NCBI GenBank assembly: GCA_963845065.1
Contig: CAWJQQ010000009.1
Coordinates: 1,152,001-1,216,000, forward strand
Source: Nitrospirota bacterium
Lineage (GTDB): Bacteria; Nitrospirota; UBA9217
DNA: 64,000 nt
Direction of reading: 5' to 3'
Shown: positions 8,779 through 18,825 of the stretch, in pieces
Numbering within the stretch: position 1 is the stretch's first letter
Layout of the letters: every line of letters begins with the position of its first letter
Program-made: the position numbers and the translations under genes
Notes under the pieces: model-generated
Told to the model about the DNA's origin: nothing
Database searches by the model: none
Seen by the model: the letters and a program-made list of their open reading frames with translations, nothing else

Positions 8779-9068
8779 CCTTTTCCAAAACAGCTTATGA
8801 GCAGATCAATCGCTTCCATGACTTCGGGACCATACCAACTGGATGGCTTGGGCCAGGCGAGACTGTAGCGAGCGCGGCAATAGTAGTGACGGATAGCGCC
8901 GGGAACACCCATCCTGAAATGCTTGCAAACGTATCACAATCCGGCACAGAAGCCCTGTATACAATCCAGGGTGGGACTCCCGGAAGCACCTATAAGATAA
9001 GCATTCAAATCGTAACTTCTTCAGGGCAGCAATTTGAGGATGATATCACGCTGGGAGTGAAGAGCTAG
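8772..9068 (+). CDS. Small Ig-like fibre adaptor-type protein
   Basis: WL..GETV.SA...I.GGT.G.TY.I...I.TS.GQ..E pattern. Confidence 0.55.
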   Translation: MLTFSKTAYEQINRFHDFGTIPTGWLGPGETVASAAIVVTDSAGNTHPEMLANVSQSGTEALYTIQGGTPGSTYKISIQIVTSSGQQFEDDITLGVKS

Positions 9069-9130
9069 GAGAAGGGAATGCATTCAATGTATCCGCAGAT
9101 CAAAAAAATCCTACACGGAGGTGAACAAGC

Positions 9131-10411
9131 ATGACACGGAATTATTTCAAAGATTTTAACCTGCTTGCCATATCGGCAAACCATCAGGAGAGTGCGCTTA
9201 ATACCGCCCAGACGCTTGATACGGGGCTTCTGGTGCCAAAGACCCTGGTCCTGAACGTAAAGCCCCTTATGAATGAGGACAACCGTGCACAGGCGAATGG
9301 GAAGGAAGAGCCGGACACAGTCTATTTTTCCGGATACGGACCTTCAGAACTTGCCCTGGCATTCGACAAAGCGACTCCCCAGCATTACGCCATCGGCCTT
9401 GCCTTCGGCCTGGGCATTGACACTCCTGCTGCAAACGGCTCCGGATACAATCATGTCATAACCCCGACGTCCAACGTCACGCTTCCCAGCATGACCGTGG
9501 CCGGCAGGGCGGGCCTTACGATCTTCGAGCGCCAGTTCATCTCCATGTTCGTGAACACATTCAAGACCACGCTCAAGAAAAATGCCTGGGCCCAGGTGGA
9601 TATCGGGTTAAAAGGGACGGGCCTGTTTAACGATACGGTCATCGAGGAAAGCATTACCGCTCCCTACAACTCCACTACACTCACCCTTGCCGCGAACGCT
9701 ATCCAGGGATCCACTGCGGCCGCAAGGCTGGACAGCATCCACCGGATAAGGGTTCAGGACCCGACCACGCTGGAATGGCAGGAAGTGACGTTCACCGCGG
9801 CATCCTCTGCAACGCCCGGAGTGATCACGATAAACGCAGTTGGTGGCGTGTCGACCTCAACGATCTTTAAAGTGCTCTATCAACCCGTCATCCCTGCCTG
9901 GGCAACCTTGCCGGGGATCGTCACGGAATCTCCACTCCGCGTTACCAATCTCCTCATAAATTACGGAGGCACATGGAACGGGACCACGCTCCTGGGCGGA
10001 AGGACTCTGGGGGCGGAAGTGAACAGCCTGGAATACGATCTTACGAACAATGTGCTCCTGGAGCAGCTCCCGACGTCCGGAGGATCCCCGCTTTACGCCA
10101 ATTTCATGGGCCGTGGCGATCGTACTCAGACCATCAAGCTCGACAAACAGCTCCGCGATTTCATCCTCCAGCATACCGCACAGAACCTGGAATATTTTGC
10201 GGTCCGTGCCACTCTTACCGGATCCTCATTCGCTACGGGACAAAACTTCGCCGTAGACCTTGTCTGGCCGCAATGCGCCGTGGTCCAGGACCAGATCAAG
10301 GTGGACGGTAAGATACTGGCCGAAGCCGGAGACTTTAAGGTCCTGCAGAATACGACTTACGGCAGCATGATAGCCACGGTCACGAACCAGGCTTCTGGCT
10401 ACGCACAGTAA
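9131..10411 (+). CDS. Major tail tube protein (siphovirus-type) with inserted domain
   Basis: Upstream of chaperones and tape measure; Y.H.ITP...LPS.TV motif; SD GGAGG. Confidence 0.7.
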   Translation: MTRNYFKDFNLLAISANHQESALNTAQTLDTGLLVPKTLVLNVKPLMNEDNRAQANGKEEPDTVYFSGYGPSELALAFDKATPQHYAIGLAFGLGIDTPAANGSGYNHVITPTSNVTLPSMTVAGRAGLTIFERQFISMFVNTFKTTLKKNAWAQVDIGLKGTGLFNDTVIEESITAPYNSTTLTLAANAIQGSTAAARLDSIHRIRVQDPTTLEWQEVTFTAASSATPGVITINAVGGVSTSTIFKVLYQPVIPAWATLPGIVTESPLRVTNLLINYGGTWNGTTLLGGRTLGAEVNSLEYDLTNNVLLEQLPTSGGSPLYANFMGRGDRTQTIKLDKQLRDFILQHTAQNLEYFAVRATLTGSSFATGQNFAVDLVWPQCAVVQDQIKVDGKILAEAGDFKVLQNTTYGSMIATVTNQASGYAQ

Positions 10412-10442
10412 CCTTTGAATCTTAAATTTTGAAAGGAGTTTT

Positions 10443-10877
10443 ATGATCACCATCACTATCAATAACAGCATCGAAGGAGTCTGGAAGGATTTCATGTTCC
10501 GAGGACAGCCGATAAAAATCAAGGTCAGGCCCAGGACGTCGGCCAAGGTCCAGGCCATCCGCGACGCAAACTGCAAGACGCAGATGATCCTGAACACCAA
10601 ATCGAATGTGATGGAGCACGTAGAAATTTACGATGAGAAGAAGATCCGCCGCGAGGTCTATGACTGGGTCATCGAGGATATCAAAGGCATTACACTCAAG
10701 GACCCGGATGGGAAAACCTTGAAGCTCGATGAATCGCTCAAGATGACCATCCTTAACTCGAGCTCGGAATCCGATAACCTCATTACTAAATTGCTTGATC
10801 AGGCGAATGCTCTTGCCGTGGCAGTCGAGGAGGGGAAGGAGCAGGAAACAAAAAACTTAGATGCCTCGCTCGCATGA
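10443..10877 (+). CDS. Tail assembly chaperone (gpG-like)
   Basis: Position; ends ...EQETKNL with slippery heptamer A AAA AAC. Confidence 0.75.
   Translation: MITITINNSIEGVWKDFMFRGQPIKIKVRPRTSAKVQAIRDANCKTQMILNTKSNVMEHVEIYDEKKIRREVYDWVIEDIKGITLKDPDGKTLKLDESLKMTILNSSSESDNLITKLLDQANALAVAVEEGKEQETKNLDASLA
10850..10856 (+). other. Programmed -1 ribosomal frameshift site (G/GT chaperone)
   Basis: A AAA AAC in frame; the -1 frame is open (LRCLAR-MIYG) into ORF 10874-11206. Confidence 0.8.
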
Positions 10878-11206
10878 TCTATGGGGGCGGGGCTATCCTG
10901 GACCCGCTGCCGGCTAACAAGTTCGCCTGGAAGATACTGTCCCGGGGATATTCACAATGGCGCTCCAATGAGTTCGAGGGCCGTTATGGCCTGGACCTGC
11001 TGGCGATATTCGAGATGGCCCGGGCGCTTAAGATCGAGATTACCGAGGACCTGCTCAACCGGATCATGATATTTGAACGGGCATCCATTGCGGTTTTTCG
11101 GAAAGAACCATTTTGCGATGATAGGGAACGGGAGCGCTGCAGCATTAAATACGGCGAGCACTTTGCCTGGGCATGTGAACAAAAGATCTGTGGAGAAGCA
11201 AGCTAA
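10874..11206 (+). CDS. Tail assembly chaperone gpT-like domain (DUF1799-like)
   Basis: LPAN.FAW....QWR....GLD pattern; -1 frame relative to upstream chaperone. Confidence 0.75.
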   Translation: MIYGGGAILDPLPANKFAWKILSRGYSQWRSNEFEGRYGLDLLAIFEMARALKIEITEDLLNRIMIFERASIAVFRKEPFCDDRERERCSIKYGEHFAWACEQKICGEAS

Positions 11207-12903
11207 TGGGCGATGATCTTACCAAGGAAGTAAAAATAATCATCACGACAGACTCTTCCGGCGCCATAACCGGGATCCAGACGGCCAACGGCGAGTTTGA
11301 GAAAGTCGTGCCTGCTGCCGAGAGTGCCGGGAAGGCAATGAGGGAGGTCGGCGAAACCGGATCTGCAAGCTTCCATCTCGCGGGCCATGCCGCAGCCAAG
11401 CTTGGAGAAGACATCGGAATCCCATATCGTGCTTCTCTTATGCTCGGCAATCAGATGGCGCATATGGCTGCTACAGCAATCCCTGGGTGGGGATGGGCGC
11501 TCGCGGGCGCGACGATTGCCGCAGCCGTGGGAGTAGGTGTAATTGAACATTTTTCCAAGGCTGAGGAAAAGCGCCGGGAGGAGCTGGAAAAATCGACAGC
11601 TGCCGAATTCACTTCCACGCAGTCACTTTATGCGAATGCCCTGGCAACGGAGGCGCTTACGAAAGATAAGGAACGCCTGGCGGAAGTGGATCAGCGGACA
11701 TTCCTTCGGGAAACGCCGAAACTGATTGAGATGCAAACCAAGGAGATGCAGAAGCTTTATGAACAACTAGAGGGTGGTTCCGAAGCCATTCTATCGGCAA
11801 ACGAGAGAGTAAGATTTAGCTTTACCAATACTGCTTCTGGTTATGCAGAGAAGGCAAAAGTAGTAAAGGATGAGAGTGACGCGATTCAGGAAAAAATAGA
11901 CAAACTTGCACAATCAATTAAGCAAGAACAAGATCAGATGGATGCGATCAAAAAAGGCGGTGCTAGCCCGGAACAACAATCGTCCCAGGACGCCGCAGAT
12001 AAAGAAGAAGAGGCTCGCCGTAAACGGGTGGATGCAAACGATTTGGAAATATTAAAGGCGGGGAAGGCCGAGATAGACAGAAAAGCGAAAGAGCAAGCCG
12101 ACATCACCAAAATCGTCGAGACTGAACAGGAAAAGCAATTGACCATTGGCCTGGATGGCTACGATAAGGAATATGCTCAATTGGTAATAGCACAGGATAA
12201 GGAGATGCAGGCCTTAAAAAAACATTCTGCTGATGCCGAACAGATTAATCAGCTTGCCTCAGCCCAAAAAATGGCTTTGGATGAAAAAGAATCCAATCAC
12301 GCCATAGCCGAAGCCGACAGGGAAGCAGCAGAAAAAAGAGCATTGCAATCCCAGGAGCTATCATACGGCAAGCAAATCAGTGATGGCTTGATAGACCTTG
12401 CCATGGGCGGAGGCAAAAAGAGCGCGGAGGCGGAAAAGGACGCAGCTCTTTTCAAGGCAATCGTTAATACAGCCGTTGCCGTTACACAAGCATTGGCTAC
12501 TCCCGGTCCGCCTGGCGCCAACTTTGTCCTGGCCGAGCTGGTCGCGGCCGCGGGCGCAGTGCAAATAGCTTTGATTGAATACGCCAGTTATGGTGGAAGC
12601 AGTGGAGGCGGTGGTGACATTGGCAGCGGAGGGGGAAGTGGCGGGGGCGGTGGAATGTCATCCGCCGGCAATGTTCCTGCCAGCCCTACGACAAGCAGAT
12701 ACGGGACCGGCTACCAGCCGGGGACTCCCGGTACCTCCCAACTCAATGATTCGATACCGGGCGGAGGCGCCGGTTTGCAGATTCATTTCAACGCTCCGGT
12801 TTATGGAATGGATGATTTCAATAATAAGGTTGTAGGTGTGATACAAAACAACATCCGGACTGATCGAAATACTCAGGTCATCATCAGCCGTTATCAGGCA
12901 TAG
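11206..12903 (+). CDS. Tail tape measure protein
   Basis: Long helical/coiled-coil protein with hydrophobic Ala-rich segments, after the chaperones. Confidence 0.85.
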   Translation: MGDDLTKEVKIIITTDSSGAITGIQTANGEFEKVVPAAESAGKAMREVGETGSASFHLAGHAAAKLGEDIGIPYRASLMLGNQMAHMAATAIPGWGWALAGATIAAAVGVGVIEHFSKAEEKRREELEKSTAAEFTSTQSLYANALATEALTKDKERLAEVDQRTFLRETPKLIEMQTKEMQKLYEQLEGGSEAILSANERVRFSFTNTASGYAEKAKVVKDESDAIQEKIDKLAQSIKQEQDQMDAIKKGGASPEQQSSQDAADKEEEARRKRVDANDLEILKAGKAEIDRKAKEQADITKIVETEQEKQLTIGLDGYDKEYAQLVIAQDKEMQALKKHSADAEQINQLASAQKMALDEKESNHAIAEADREAAEKRALQSQELSYGKQISDGLIDLAMGGGKKSAEAEKDAALFKAIVNTAVAVTQALATPGPPGANFVLAELVAAAGAVQIALIEYASYGGSSGGGGDIGSGGGSGGGGGMSSAGNVPASPTTSRYGTGYQPGTPGTSQLNDSIPGGGAGLQIHFNAPVYGMDDFNNKVVGVIQNNIRTDRNTQVIISRYQA

Positions 12904-12912
12904 AGGGGAATC

Positions 12913-13275
12913 ATGACACCTCCAACATTTCCTCTTTCAGTATGGTATCCCGTCAAGTTCGGTGAGAGGGGATTTAAAACCGCAATCTCCCGGGGCTATG
13001 GCGGTGCCGAAAAGAGAGACAGCATCGTTTCAGTGTCTATCCGATCGTTTTCATTCCCCTGTAGAAAACTTACCCTGGCGCAAATTTCAACGATCTGGAA
13101 TTTTTTCGAGTCAGGGCTGGGCGCTTTTACAAGCTTCTATTTGAACATTATGCTTGAAAATGGCACATGGACAAACGTCCTGGTGCGGTTTGATGATGAT
13201 GCATTCAATTATTCGTGGACGGACCCTCTCTGGCATGAGATAGGAACAATAATATTGGTTACGGTGCCTTCATGA
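12913..13275 (+). CDS. Distal tail protein (DUF2460/gpM-like)
   Basis: FKT.IS..GGAEKR, FF....GAF.SF, VRFDDD motifs. Confidence 0.75.
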   Translation: MTPPTFPLSVWYPVKFGERGFKTAISRGYGGAEKRDSIVSVSIRSFSFPCRKLTLAQISTIWNFFESGLGAFTSFYLNIMLENGTWTNVLVRFDDDAFNYSWTDPLWHEIGTIILVTVPS

Positions 13276-16200
13276 GATCGGTTTCAGCCAATGTTCAAAC
13301 ACAGCTATCCGCCAACAATGCCATCCCTCGTTTATGCGTTGATCAATATCTTGATGGCGGCACTGTTCATATCACGAACCACACCTCTCCAATTACCTTC
13401 CAGGGGATAACTTACTCTCCGTGGCGTTTTAAGATCTCCGGGTTTTCCTGCACGTTTCCAAAGCTTGGCGAGGGCTATTCCACGGACAATGGCTCAATCT
13501 CGATCGACAACGCTGACAACTCCTATAATGCCCTTATCGCGTATGCAGAATTTTCTGGCCGCATAATTCGGCTCCGCTGGATGTTCCTGAATTTAACAAC
13601 CCTCGCACCCATTGACGGATATCCCACGACGGATGATTCGCTTGGCATCATCACCGGCCGCATGAATGCCACGAAAATAAATGAATCGGACTATACGTGC
13701 GATATCAATATCACCAATATCTTTGACAGATCTCAATCTTACGGTCCCTATAGAATATTAGGCCCACTCTGTAATAATACGTTCTGCGATCTCCATTGCA
13801 CGCTGAATGGAGGGGTTTTAGTATCGGGGACTGCATCGGCGGGATCGACAACCAGCCTGACCTCTACGGCGTTAAAAAGCGTATCATCAGGAGGAACGCT
13901 TGCGAATGGTGTTTCCATGGTCGGGGCCATGGTTGATTTCGACAGTGGGGCAAACCTTAATATGCTGGCTTATATTGCCACGCATAACACGTCCACCGGC
14001 CAGGTCACCTTTGCCGCACTCGGTTCGAGCGTTGCCGTGGGTGATGCGTTCCATCTTGAGTGCGATAAATCGCAAACGGCCTGTACGACACTATCTAACC
14101 TTCCTAATTTCGACGGCTTTGATGAACTCGTCGTAGCCCCGGGTCAGCAGGTACAGTCGCCACTATCCAGCATCCCGACAATCATCACCGCTGCGCCCAC
14201 ACCGATACTTATTCAGGGTAACGGGAACTTGCTTCCGATCATCTATGGTGAAGGACAGGTCGACGGCGTGCTTCTCGATGTGGCATTCACGAACCCGATG
14301 GCCGGCAATCCTCAGCTGTTCCATGTTCTCTACGGGATATGTGCTGGTCCCATCGATTCCATCGTCACAGTCGTTATAAACGGCGTGGAAGTAAATCCGG
14401 TTAATATGCCGTCAATCGTGATCCAGCAAATCTATACCGGGACCACAACGCAATCATTCACCTTTGCTGACGGCTCAACCCAATATTTCAAGCGCGTTGC
14501 CTGCGCATGGCTGACATTCCCTGCAACCTATGCCGATTCAACGGGCGCCTTCGATAATCCAAAAGTCACGTTTGTAGTAAAGGGACTCCAGGTCCAGAAA
14601 TATAATTCCAACGGAACGCTCAATGGTTCTCCGGCCTGGTCGGCGAACCCTATCTGGTGCTGCGTCGATTATCTGATGAATCAGGCACAATCGAACCAAT
14701 TGATGCCGGCATCGATGTTTAACTGGCCACTCATTGCCGCAGCCGGCGCAGCGATCGATACCAGCGGGATTCAATGTGTTCTTGTTCTTTCCAGCCAAAC
14801 CAAAGATTCAGATATCATCAGCATGTTTTTATTGGCAGCAATGGCATTTCCTTATTATGACGGCCAAACATTCGGGATATCGCTGGAAGGCGCCGGAGCG
14901 GCAGTATTCAATTTTGATGATAAATCCGGTGGTCAAACAAATGATAATATCCAGGTCCTCACGTTTGACGGACCGTGGGAAGACAACATCGATGATGTCT
15001 ATAACCAGGTCACCATCAGCTATACCGATACGCAGGTAAGGCAACGGTCCGCAGTACTGAATGCGGCGCTCCCGGCTTCGAATACTACCATCGTAATTTA
15101 TGGCCCAAATGGCGCAATCGTCCCTGCCGGCACCGTGGCCTCTCCCCTTAATGGCATCGGGAACTCCTCCGGTGGGACGATGTTTATCCCATCAGGGGAC
15201 GTTGATGGCATGGGTTGTTTATGCAGCTATACAGGCGTAGACGGTCACGGAAACCTGACGGGCGTGAAGCCTACTATTTATATCGGGGGAGAGGCCATCA
15301 CGTATACCGGTATGAGCGTCTATAATCCTCCCATTCTCATCGATGGTGTATATGTCACGTATGCCTGGAACGCCGTGTTTACGCTAACCGGATGTTCCGT
15401 AAGGCAGAATAATTATGCGAATGGATATCCGGTTTATCAGGGGCTCCAAACTTTTCCATCAGAGACAGCCACCTTCCAGGACGATGCCAATATCCTGAAA
15501 ATAGGCCGCGTGATCCCAAAGCAGATCAGCGCAAGCGTTATCCCGAACTTCAAACAGGCGCTTTCAACTTCTCAGACCATGGTGAGAAAAAATATCCAGG
15601 GGAATCATTATTGTTCGTTAGACGGGATGCGTGATAGTTTTGCCCTTACGATCGGAGATCTCGTAAACCTTACATCGAAGCGTCCAGGATGGGTAACGCA
15701 AAAGTGGAGAATTGTACAAACGAATGAACAGGAATTTGCAAACGTCCGGAGATCCTATCAATTCAAATATCACGAAGATTCATGGTATGGACAGAATCAA
15801 ACGCTGCCTGCAACCCCTCTTACGTCTTTATTGCCGAATCCTTTTATGGCTCCTGGACCGGCAACCTCTCTTGCCCTCTCGGAAGGCGGCTATGTAGGGT
15901 CAGATGGAACATACGTGCCAACCCTTACCCTCACGTATAACCTTCCCGCAAACGCTGCATATTGGGGAAATCCACTAATTCAGATATCCGTCAATAGCGG
16001 TGTCTTTACTAATTTCGGGATGGATAGCAGCGAGGGCCTGGGATTCCTGATTGATGGATTAAAAGGCAAATTTGTTGAAGGGAATACGGTGACGGTAAGG
16101 GTGGTAGCTGTAAATTCCCTGAATAGCTCTGTCACGGCTTCGATTGCTTCATCACCGACTGTATCGGCTACTATTACCGGAGCAGCGATCACGCTCACAA

Positions 16201-18290
16201 CGCCGACAGGGCTTGAACTTTTAAACGTATCCGGAACGGTTTGGAGCGGGATGCAGTTTACAGTTACGTGGATACCTCAGGGAACCGGCAATCTGGATCC
16301 GAAATATATTTCCAATGTAGTACAAATATGGACAGGCAGCACGTTGATCCAATCATTCGTCACGGCAAATTGTTCGTTTACCTATATTTTTGGAAGCGGG
16401 CAAAGCTCCACGGTCGATGCGGCGCTCATTGCTTCAAACGGTGCATGTACAATCAAGGTACAGCGGACCAGCCCGCTTGCTGCCTCCTCTCCCTTTGCTA
16501 CACTATCGATCACCAGAACGGCGCTTCAGAATCCGCAGAATCTCGTTGCCACTCCTACTACCCTTGCGGTTGGCTTTACGTGGACCGCGAACACGGATCT
16601 CGCACTTCAATGCTATGTCTACCAACTCAGCATAAACGGCGGAGCCTACGGACCCTGGATTACGATCCATGCCAATTCCGTCAGCTATAATCTTTCTTCA
16701 TCCAACCTGGCGAGTGGCTACGGAGTGAATGTTGCAATAAATGTGAAGACACGTGACTTGTTTAATAACGACTCCTCTGTCTCCAGTACAAACGCCACGG
16801 CCATGGGCATAGGATCCATGTCAATGACCAATGTTCCGACTGGATATAATCTGCAGATCGACAGTGATTTTCAAAGTGAAAGTCTTGATGGATGGGAAGA
16901 TTTAGCAGGATCCGCGACGTGCGTCACCGCGACGAGTCCGGCATCCGGTGCTTATGCGATGCAAAATGTGTCCGGACAGCAAGCACAATACTCAAGCTCT
17001 TATTTTATTCCTGCATCCGTGAATCGAGTTTATCTGTTAGAGGGATATTTAAAAACTGTTTCGGGCTCCGGAGGGATCGCGTATCTGGGCATCGGATGTT
17101 TTGATCAAAATTACAACATGCTTGGAGGCAATTGGCAATATATTGCTGCATCAGGCGTTACACCGCCGGCCAGCTTTACTTATTACTCTGGAGTGATCGG
17201 AGCAGGCCAATCGATAACGTTGCCTGCGGGAACTGTTTATATCAAAGCATTCGTGATCCTCAATTATTCTCCAGGCGGATCCATTCATCAGGCCCAGGGC
17301 ATCCGGATCCGCGAAGTCATCGAATCGGCATACATAGATAACCTGGCAGTGACAACTGCGAAAATTGGACTGCTGGCAGTCACACAGGCTCAGGTCTTCG
17401 GCCTGGTCGTAGGCGATGCCGGGATCTCGATGGGGTCCAACGCTTATATTTCATGGTCGAATGTCACGAGCCCGCCGGCAATACCGAATGGGACATATAT
17501 CAATGGCAGCGGTGTCTATACCGGGATAGTCAGTGCAAACAATGTATCTGCCGGCACGATAGTAGGAAGCACGATTGAGACCGCCGCTTCTGGTGGTGAG
17601 CAGATTGTCATCTCTGCTGGCGATAACAAAACTCACTATTACGGGAATAATGGCTCAGCCATAGAAGAGCTGGCCACGATCGGAATTGACAGCTCCAGAT
17701 ATACAGCTTCGTGCGCGGTGTTCGGATCCTACACACCCACGAATGATGTGATTGGAGCTGTAATCCTCTCTTATCAGAATACTGCCTTGTTTGCGGAATC
17801 ATATTATGGCTTTGGTATCCAGGCTTTTTCATATTCAAGCACAGCCGTATACGGGACATCAACAACAGGCTCTGGAGTTGAAGGCGCGTCCACTAATAAT
17901 TATGGGGTCTACGGAGCATCCACAAATAGTTACGGTGTTTGTGGAGCATCCACAAATAGTTACGGTGTTTATGGAGCATCCACAAACTCCATTGGAGGCG
18001 TTTTCGTCGGGGCAACTTCAACGAGTTTCACGGCTGGGCAATGTTCAATCGCTTTAGGGGGAACGGGTTCTGGTTCTGCTTCAGTTGGTGCCTCGGCGGC
18101 GGTTTATCCGTCACATGGCTTTTATAACTGGGTTGTTTCAAGTGTCAATATTTGGTTTGAAATTAATATTGGTGGCACCTGGTATAATGCGCCGACAAAT
18201 GGTTTATCTGGATGCGGATATTTCGACGGGACGAATCAAAGATTTTATGGGGGTGGTGGCAGCGGTACAGTTTATTGGCAGAGATATTAA
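13272..18290 (+). CDS. Fused tail-tip protein: gpL/BR0599-like Cys domain + gpJ-like host-specificity region + FN3/CBM-like domains + C-terminal repeat fibre
   Basis: C...FCD..C...CDKS..AC....N..NFDGF N-terminal module; LPIIYGEG, W.ANPIWC..DY, YNQV.ISY, L.IGDLV motifs. Confidence 0.8.
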   Translation: MRSVSANVQTQLSANNAIPRLCVDQYLDGGTVHITNHTSPITFQGITYSPWRFKISGFSCTFPKLGEGYSTDNGSISIDNADNSYNALIAYAEFSGRIIRLRWMFLNLTTLAPIDGYPTTDDSLGIITGRMNATKINESDYTCDINITNIFDRSQSYGPYRILGPLCNNTFCDLHCTLNGGVLVSGTASAGSTTSLTSTALKSVSSGGTLANGVSMVGAMVDFDSGANLNMLAYIATHNTSTGQVTFAALGSSVAVGDAFHLECDKSQTACTTLSNLPNFDGFDELVVAPGQQVQSPLSSIPTIITAAPTPILIQGNGNLLPIIYGEGQVDGVLLDVAFTNPMAGNPQLFHVLYGICAGPIDSIVTVVINGVEVNPVNMPSIVIQQIYTGTTTQSFTFADGSTQYFKRVACAWLTFPATYADSTGAFDNPKVTFVVKGLQVQKYNSNGTLNGSPAWSANPIWCCVDYLMNQAQSNQLMPASMFNWPLIAAAGAAIDTSGIQCVLVLSSQTKDSDIISMFLLAAMAFPYYDGQTFGISLEGAGAAVFNFDDKSGGQTNDNIQVLTFDGPWEDNIDDVYNQVTISYTDTQVRQRSAVLNAALPASNTTIVIYGPNGAIVPAGTVASPLNGIGNSSGGTMFIPSGDVDGMGCLCSYTGVDGHGNLTGVKPTIYIGGEAITYTGMSVYNPPILIDGVYVTYAWNAVFTLTGCSVRQNNYANGYPVYQGLQTFPSETATFQDDANILKIGRVIPKQISASVIPNFKQALSTSQTMVRKNIQGNHYCSLDGMRDSFALTIGDLVNLTSKRPGWVTQKWRIVQTNEQEFANVRRSYQFKYHEDSWYGQNQTLPATPLTSLLPNPFMAPGPATSLALSEGGYVGSDGTYVPTLTLTYNLPANAAYWGNPLIQISVNSGVFTNFGMDSSEGLGFLIDGLKGKFVEGNTVTVRVVAVNSLNSSVTASIASSPTVSATITGAAITLTTPTGLELLNVSGTVWSGMQFTVTWIPQGTGNLDPKYISNVVQIWTGSTLIQSFVTANCSFTYIFGSGQSSTVDAALIASNGACTIKVQRTSPLAASSPFATLSITRTALQNPQNLVATPTTLAVGFTWTANTDLALQCYVYQLSINGGAYGPWITIHANSVSYNLSSSNLASGYGVNVAINVKTRDLFNNDSSVSSTNATAMGIGSMSMTNVPTGYNLQIDSDFQSESLDGWEDLAGSATCVTATSPASGAYAMQNVSGQQAQYSSSYFIPASVNRVYLLEGYLKTVSGSGGIAYLGIGCFDQNYNMLGGNWQYIAASGVTPPASFTYYSGVIGAGQSITLPAGTVYIKAFVILNYSPGGSIHQAQGIRIREVIESAYIDNLAVTTAKIGLLAVTQAQVFGLVVGDAGISMGSNAYISWSNVTSPPAIPNGTYINGSGVYTGIVSANNVSAGTIVGSTIETAASGGEQIVISAGDNKTHYYGNNGSAIEELATIGIDSSRYTASCAVFGSYTPTNDVIGAVILSYQNTALFAESYYGFGIQAFSYSSTAVYGTSTTGSGVEGASTNNYGVYGASTNSYGVCGASTNSYGVYGASTNSIGGVFVGATSTSFTAGQCSIALGGTGSGSASVGASAAVYPSHGFYNWVVSSVNIWFEINIGGTWYNAPTNGLSGCGYFDGTNQRFYGGGGSGTVYWQRY
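17883..17990 (+). repeat. 30-bp coding tandem repeat (GASTNSYGVY)
   Basis: ggagcatccacaaatagttacggtgttt repeated at 17913 and 17943, partial at 17973, diverged unit at 17883. Confidence 0.9.
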
Positions 18291-18305
18291 AACAGGAGGA
18301 TAAGA

Positions 18306-18479
18306 ATGGCGCAAAAATTAATAACGGATATTAAGGCGGATTTGGCACTTGGACAAAAGCTTTCTGAATACGCTCAAATGGTGCTTGAGCTCGGAGAGGA
18401 GAATCTGCGTCTCAAAACAGAAAACGCAGTACTCAGAAAACAACTATCGGAGGTGGAGAATGGCGCTCCAAAAAGTTAA
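18306..18479 (+). CDS. 57-aa coiled-coil protein (not in ORF track), probable fibre chaperone
   Basis: SD AGGAGGA; MAQKLITDIKADLALGQKLSEYAQMVLELGEENLRLKTENAVLRKQLSEVENGAPKS. Confidence 0.65.
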   Translation: MAQKLITDIKADLALGQKLSEYAQMVLELGEENLRLKTENAVLRKQLSEVENGAPKS

Positions 18480-18819
18480 GAATTTACCAACGGGATTCTC
18501 GGCGGAATACTGGACGATCACAAGATTGGAGATCGATAAGATCAACAAGAGTGCTATCGTCACCCTGGCTTGTTATAAAGACGCGGCGACTCGGCAAGCC
18601 AATGGTCAACCTATCGAACAGCAGCGATTTCATTGGAGCGGGAATGATTACCCGTTCACCGATCCAACCGGCTGCCTTTATTCGCAGGCATATGCCAAGA
18701 TCAAGGAAGTGAAGAAGGTGCCGGCGACTATCCCTGTAGCTCCGGGTGCGACGAATCCTGCGCCGACTATCGGGACGCAAACCGTATCGACGTGGTTTTC
18801 GGATGCCGTGGATTGCTAG
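18460..18819 (+). CDS. Phage fibre-associated protein
   Basis: Start reassigned to ATG 18460 (SD GGAGG); MALQK...TGFSAEYW.I...AY..IK...FSDAVDC. Confidence 0.6.
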   Translation: MALQKVKNLPTGFSAEYWTITRLEIDKINKSAIVTLACYKDAATRQANGQPIEQQRFHWSGNDYPFTDPTGCLYSQAYAKIKEVKKVPATIPVAPGATNPAPTIGTQTVSTWFSDAVDC

Positions 18820-18825
18820 ATTAAT

